Sequence record: OP617745.1
DNA length: 64,000 bases
Reading direction: 5' to 3' (one strand)
In this document: one piece after another, positions 59,217 through 64,000 of the stretch
Numbering within the stretch: position 1 is the stretch's first letter
Layout of the letters: every line of letters starts with the position of its first letter
Position numbers and translations under genes: made by a program
Notes under the pieces: model-generated
Seen by the model: the letters and a program-made list of their open reading frames with translations, nothing else
Told to the model about the DNA's origin: nothing
The model's database searches: none

Positions 59217-60230
59217 ATGGAATGTATCACCATACATAAAAGGATTATTAATATGGCTAAAAAAATCAATACATTTGATGAGTATTTGGAAAGTTTTAAG
59301 AAGTCATCAAAACTGAATAGAAATATTTTATCTGAATTAGAAATAGAACAACTTAAAGAACTTTATAACAAATTTAATATTGAAAAAGTTACATATCTTG
59401 GAAAATCACCAATAAGATATGCATATAATTTTATAAATTATAATGTCAATAGTAGTACTTGGATTTCTGACATTAAACGCATAATTGAACTTGGGAATAA
59501 AGCAAATAAAGAAAAAATGATTCTTATGTATGGAAGTGAACATGGTAATGAAAAATGGAATAATTATTTAAAAGTACAATCTGAATCAAATACATTTGAA
59601 TATAAAAATAAAAAATTTGGAATGACCAAAGAAGAATTTAAAGAATATAATTCCAGAAGATCTGTAACTCTTAAAAATCTTATAAAACGACATGGTGAAG
59701 AAATTGGTTTAGAAAAGTGGAATGAATATTGTGACAGACAACGATATACTACGTCACTTGATTATTTCATTGAAACATATGGTGAAATTAAAGGAACTGA
59801 AAAGTATGAATCGTATATTGAAGTTGTATCTAAAAATATAAAATACTGTTTCAAAAATAAAATTGTGTCAAATTTGGAAAATGAAGTACGTAATGAAATT
59901 GAAAAATATTTCAGTACTGAATCGCAATATATAATTGAAACTGATATGAAATGCTATTCATCTGCTTTTGATATCTATATACCATCAAAAGAACTTTTGA
60001 TAGAAGTACATGGTGATTATTGGCATATGAATCCAAAAACCCATAATCCTTCTTATATCAATCCTACAACAAAAATGTCAGCAAAACAAAAATGGCATTT
60101 GGATAAAGTTAAAGTTGGTTTTGCAAATAAAAATGGTTATGATGTTATTGTTATATGGGAATCAGATTGGAAGACTGACAAAGATAATATTATGGAGAAT
60201 ATTATAAAATATGAAAAAACAAGAAACTAA
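59217..60230 (+). CDS. Free-standing Vsr-like/PD-(D/E)xK homing endonuclease between the split-intein halves
   Basis: Three (Y/H)GxExGxEKW/Y repeats; FDIYIPSKELLIEVHGDYWH and GYDVIVIWESDW; start may be ATG 59253. Confidence 0.8.
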   Translation: MECITIHKRIINMAKKINTFDEYLESFKKSSKLNRNILSELEIEQLKELYNKFNIEKVTYLGKSPIRYAYNFINYNVNSSTWISDIKRIIELGNKANKEKMILMYGSEHGNEKWNNYLKVQSESNTFEYKNKKFGMTKEEFKEYNSRRSVTLKNLIKRHGEEIGLEKWNEYCDRQRYTTSLDYFIETYGEIKGTEKYESYIEVVSKNIKYCFKNKIVSNLENEVRNEIEKYFSTESQYIIETDMKCYSSAFDIYIPSKELLIEVHGDYWHMNPKTHNPSYINPTTKMSAKQKWHLDKVKVGFANKNGYDVIVIWESDWKTDKDNIMENIIKYEKTRN

Positions 60231-60576
60231 TATTATAAGTAATGAAGATTATCGTAAAGTTCAATCTATGGTTATGAATCAGTATAATAAATCAAACTTA
60301 CATCCTGATGTTCATTTGGAAAATAATCAATACAGAATTGATGGAATTTCGCATCTTAGTCAAGATGTTTTACTAAGATTGAAAACAAAAGTGTGTGTAG
60401 ATTTATTAAAAGAAATAATCAGTACTGAATGGAATTTAGATAAATCAAAAACTACGTATAAAAAAGAAAAAATTGTTAGTGTAAAAAATATTGGTAGTAC
60501 TGATGATTATGTATATGACATTAGTATGGGTGGTATTAATCATTATTTCTTTGCTAATAATATTTTAGTACATAAT
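60211..60576 (+). mobile_element. Split intein C fragment (122 aa, ends His-Asn)
   Basis: KIVSVKNIG..DYVYDISM..NHYFFANNILVHN|T. Confidence 0.88.
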
Positions 60577-61425
60577 ACCGATTCTGTGTACTTCAGCGTT
60601 GTTCATTATTTAAAAGAACAAAACATTCCATGTGATCTAAGTAAAGAAGAGATTGTGGATATGTATATAAAAATTGGTGATGAAGTGGGTGAGTCTTTTC
60701 CTGAATTTATGGACAAAATGTTCAATACTGGAATCGAAAAAGGTAAAATTGTAGGTGCTGATCTGGAAATGGTTGGCTCCCGAGGTCTGTTCCTTAAAAA
60801 GAAACGTTATGCTATACTGAAATATTGGGAAGATGGGTTCCGTAAAGATGTTGATGGTAAACCTGGTGAAATCAAAGCAATGGGGCTTGAGATTAAGCGT
60901 TCAGATACACCAAAATACATCCAGAACTTCCTTGAAGAGACTTTAATGGCATTACTGGTAGGGGAGTCCGAGAGTGAATTAAAACAGCGTGTACGTGATT
61001 TTAAGGCGGTATTTAAGGACAAACCAGCACACGAAAAGGGTTCGCCTAGAACAGTGAAAAATTATTCAAACCTTGAAGCTGATTTTAAAAATACTGGTAA
61101 ATGTCATGTAGGTCACGTCCTCGCTGGTATTCAATGGAATATGTTACGCAATGCATATGATGATAAAACTGTGCCAGAAGTTACTGATGGTACTAAAGTG
61201 ATTGTATGTGATTTGAAACCAAATCCACTTGGAATTACTAAAATTGGTTATCCAATTGATTGTGCTGAGTACTTACCTGAGTGGTTTCTTGAATTACCGT
61301 TCGATACAGATAAAATGGAAGAAATTATCTTAACTAAAAAACTGGATAATATCTTTGGTATTCTTGATATGGATATTGGTATTCATGAAAAAAGTACTGC
61401 ACAGGATTTTGGATTTTTCTCGTAA
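60211..61425 (+). CDS. Split-intein C fragment fused to DNA polymerase B C-terminal part
   Basis: Block F VYDISM and block G FFANNILVHN, then extein TDSVYF; PolB motifs KKRYA and KAMGLEIKRSDTP. Confidence 0.93.
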   Translation: MKKQETNIISNEDYRKVQSMVMNQYNKSNLHPDVHLENNQYRIDGISHLSQDVLLRLKTKVCVDLLKEIISTEWNLDKSKTTYKKEKIVSVKNIGSTDDYVYDISMGGINHYFFANNILVHNTDSVYFSVVHYLKEQNIPCDLSKEEIVDMYIKIGDEVGESFPEFMDKMFNTGIEKGKIVGADLEMVGSRGLFLKKKRYAILKYWEDGFRKDVDGKPGEIKAMGLEIKRSDTPKYIQNFLEETLMALLVGESESELKQRVRDFKAVFKDKPAHEKGSPRTVKNYSNLEADFKNTGKCHVGHVLAGIQWNMLRNAYDDKTVPEVTDGTKVIVCDLKPNPLGITKIGYPIDCAEYLPEWFLELPFDTDKMEEIILTKKLDNIFGILDMDIGIHEKSTAQDFGFFS

Positions 61426-61437
61426 TGATGGTGATAT

Positions 61438-61800
61438 ATGTTTGAAGATGAAATTCAAAGGAATAATGAATTGTATGAAGAGTATAAAAAAATGAAATCT
61501 GAAACAAAACAAAAGAACATTAACATAAGAATTACAGAATGTCTAATGAGTAATACTATCGATTCAGTACTGGCATATGATGCAATAGATGAGGACATTC
61601 TAACCAAGAATGGTTTCGTTAGAACAGGAACTATTTCTTTGTGTAATGAGATTGTTGGTGTTTATAGAAACCCAGTAAATAAAAAAACTTTTACTATAGA
61701 AATTGGTGATGATGTAGAACATCCATCAAATTTCATTGAAAAGGTTAACAATGAAATAATTAAAAAATCAGATAAACACTATCTGTACAACTGGAAATAA
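61438..61800 (+). CDS. Hypothetical protein
   Basis: 120-aa ORF. Confidence 0.55.
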   Translation: MFEDEIQRNNELYEEYKKMKSETKQKNINIRITECLMSNTIDSVLAYDAIDEDILTKNGFVRTGTISLCNEIVGVYRNPVNKKTFTIEIGDDVEHPSNFIEKVNNEIIKKSDKHYLYNWK

Positions 61801-61912
61801 TTATTTTTTTATTAAAAAATCTGAACAAGACAAGCATTTGTGATAAAATGCTTGTGTTGGAAAAGCAAAGAAACAACGATTAAATTTATAAAATAACAAA
61901 GAGGAATTAAAT

Positions 61913-62656
61913 ATGGATCTACGCAGTGTACTACGCGATCTGATGAACACTACTTCTAGTATGAATTTTGATAAAATTTCCATTACTAAAGAAGATCGTG
62001 GCGATGGTGAAAAAATTTATATGGAAAGTAAAGCAGATCAAAATGCTATTGTAATGCGTGCGTATGTAAAAGAGTCCGTACCTGAACTGGTTGAACTAAG
62101 TGGTCGTTTTGGTCTAGGTCAACTAGGTTTACTACAAGGTCTTCTGAATCTTAATACATTTAAGACTGAAGACACAAAAATTGTACCAATTATCAAAGAT
62201 GGTGCTGTTAAAAGTTTAACCTTTACATCACCAGAAGCAACAACAAATTTTGTTGTTATTTCTGATAAACTAACACCACAGGCTGTTAAAGTTGCTGAGC
62301 GTGGTTATGAAATTCAAGTAACACCAAGTGCTTCTAAAATTCAGGAACTCAAAAGCTTTAGTTCTCTGTTCAAATCAATGAGTACTAAAATTACTCCTTA
62401 CACCGAAAATGGGACTCTATATTTCTCTTGTGGTGAGAAAAATAAAAATACTTCAGGTGGTGTACTTGCATTCTGTCTGTGTGATGTTGAATACCCAATG
62501 CTACAAGGCTATGAAATTGATTCAGTACTATCAGCTACTGCTCGTGTAGCAAACGCAGAAAGTACTGAAATGTTTATTACAAATAAAGGTCTAATGAAAA
62601 TTAAAGTTGATACCGGAATTGCAGTATACGAATTTTTCATGCAAGGTTCAGTATAA
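61913..62656 (+). CDS. Putative sliding clamp / polymerase accessory protein (gp45-like)
   Basis: 247 aa (clamp-sized), near polB, strong GAGG RBS and high-expression codon usage; family call is inference. Confidence 0.5.
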   Translation: MDLRSVLRDLMNTTSSMNFDKISITKEDRGDGEKIYMESKADQNAIVMRAYVKESVPELVELSGRFGLGQLGLLQGLLNLNTFKTEDTKIVPIIKDGAVKSLTFTSPEATTNFVVISDKLTPQAVKVAERGYEIQVTPSASKIQELKSFSSLFKSMSTKITPYTENGTLYFSCGEKNKNTSGGVLAFCLCDVEYPMLQGYEIDSVLSATARVANAESTEMFITNKGLMKIKVDTGIAVYEFFMQGSV

Positions 62657-62667
62657 GTAATAACTAA

Positions 62668-62692
62668 AATGGGGAAAATGAATTTCCCCATT
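62668..62692 (+). terminator. Hairpin/terminator
   Basis: AATGGGGAAA-atgaa-TTTCCCCATT. Confidence 0.6.
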
Positions 62693-62715
62693 ATAATAAA
62701 GGAGAAAATATAAAA

Positions 62716-62922
62716 ATGCCAATTTATACTTATCGTTGTAGTACCGAAAATTGTACTAATGTAGAAGATAAAATTGTTAAATATTCAGAACGTGAAAATC
62801 CAAAAGACTGTAAAGTGTGTGGTTCTGAAAAATCAATGCATTTTGAAAATTTCACACCGGGTGACAAAGGTGCAGCTTTTAACTACAAAGGAAATTGGTT
62901 GAATACCACAGGGAGATATTAA
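62716..62922 (+). CDS. FmdB-family zinc-ribbon protein
   Basis: MPIYTYRC....C...CKVCGS. Confidence 0.8.
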   Translation: MPIYTYRCSTENCTNVEDKIVKYSERENPKDCKVCGSEKSMHFENFTPGDKGAAFNYKGNWLNTTGRY

Positions 62923-62923
62923 T

Positions 62924-63223
62924 ATGAAATTAAAAATGATTAATGATTATGTACTGGTAAAACTTATTAAAGCAGAGGATACTAGTGCTGGTGGTATTAT
63001 TCTAAGCAATGTTGAACCGCCTTGCGTCGGTCTTGTATTGTCAGTAGGTAAGGGTAAAGTTCTACCTAATGGCGAAATTGCTGAACATGATATTAAAGAA
63101 GGTGATATGGTTATTTTTGGTAAATCATCCCTTAATATACCAATTGAAGAAGATCTTGGTGGTGGAAAGGATACTTATCATGTAATGAAAATTGAAGAAG
63201 TGTTTGGTAAGAAATATGCATAA
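62924..63223 (+). CDS. groES: Co-chaperonin GroES
   Basis: INDYVLVK, mobile loop TSAGGIIL, VLSVGKG, IKEGDMVIF. Confidence 0.9.
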   Translation: MKLKMINDYVLVKLIKAEDTSAGGIILSNVEPPCVGLVLSVGKGKVLPNGEIAEHDIKEGDMVIFGKSSLNIPIEEDLGGGKDTYHVMKIEEVFGKKYA

Positions 63224-63923
63224 GAAAAAACGTCTCTTTCCATTTTGGTTAATTCCAGCCCATTGGGGATTAACTGGAAAAGCAAAAGAACTCGCTAAAA
63301 TCAATTATTATTATTCAGGAAAAGATGCTGATCTTATGAGTGCAGAACATATGTACTTAACTCCATATGAAATTGATAAAGCCAAAATGGAAATCAACAA
63401 AAAATATGATGATATTAGTGAACTACTATATCGTATCGGTGTTGTTGATTTGGATTTAAAATACAATCGAATTTCTAAACTGGAGCACAGTAATTTAGTA
63501 CTGGACATTCGATATGAATTAAAAGAACTGGATGAAAAAGAGTACGAAGCTCAAAAAATCGAATTACTTCCTGATGGTGTGGAAAAGAAATTAGCTGCAA
63601 TTGAATATTCATATAAGTATCATGAGATTACTGAAAATGAATATCATAAAGAAATCGCAACTATTAACAAAGAACCATGGGGTCAATTATATTCATCATA
63701 TAATCCAGAAGAAGGATCAATTGAATTTTCTTTTGATTATAATGAATATTTTTGGAAAAAACTAAAAGCTGATGGTCATCCGGGTAATGACGAAGATGAG
63801 ATTATCGATAATTATATCAGATATTGTTGTCGAAACATTGCACAGGATGATAATGAAGTTTCTGAAAGTGATGATGTGGTAATTCCAGACATTCTTCCAG
63901 AAGGATTTAAATCTTACAAATAA
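63216..63923 (+). CDS. Hypothetical protein
   Basis: Track ORF 63192; likely start is ATG 63216, overlapping the groES stop. Confidence 0.6.
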   Translation: MHKKKRLFPFWLIPAHWGLTGKAKELAKINYYYSGKDADLMSAEHMYLTPYEIDKAKMEINKKYDDISELLYRIGVVDLDLKYNRISKLEHSNLVLDIRYELKELDEKEYEAQKIELLPDGVEKKLAAIEYSYKYHEITENEYHKEIATINKEPWGQLYSSYNPEEGSIEFSFDYNEYFWKKLKADGHPGNDEDEIIDNYIRYCCRNIAQDDNEVSESDDVVIPDILPEGFKSYK

Positions 63924-63924
63924 T

Positions 63925-63958
63925 AAAAAAGGAGAATCATTTTGATTCTCCTTTTTTT
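63925..63958. terminator. Intrinsic terminator
   Basis: A6, GGAGAATC-atttt-GATTCTCC, T7. Confidence 0.85.
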
Positions 63959-64000
63959 ATATATTAAAAATTAGCTTACCAGAGCAGGGATCCATTTATA

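Noticed and set aside
59190-60211. Sequencing error or pseudogene explanation for the broken polymerase
   Set aside because: Both breaks fall within intein sequence, all catalytic and splicing residues are intact, and the intervening ORF is a coherent nuclease gene.

Overview
A 64 kb, AT-rich (about one-third GC by eye), densely coding segment of a T4-related jumbo myophage. Gene content and order resemble the RaK2/GAP32/PBECO4-type enterobacterial jumbo phages; this assignment is inference, not a database hit. It holds tail, neck and baseplate genes (gp14-, gp15-, gp6-, gp25-, gp5-, gp53-, gp26-like, and a 3326-aa structural protein), the head module (portal, protease, scaffolds, major capsid), a gp55-like late sigma factor with a recurring (A/C)TAAATA late promoter, gp46/gp47, endonuclease VII, a family B DNA polymerase, thymidylate synthase, ClpA, GroES, a Nudix hydrolase and five homing-endonuclease-like units. 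Highlights: (1) DNA polymerase B is split into two genes at the catalytic YGD|TDS motif by a split intein, with a free-standing endonuclease between the halves. (2) Thymidylate synthase carries a ~240-aa in-frame HNH insert with no splicing element. (3) The palindrome AGTACT is about 5-fold over-represented (over 100 copies by hand count). (4) An unannotated -1 frameshift extends the gp26-like chaperone. (5) A 785-bp non-coding locus contains duplicated, covarying hairpin modules (candidate origin or structured RNA). No tRNA, rRNA or CRISPR array could be supported.
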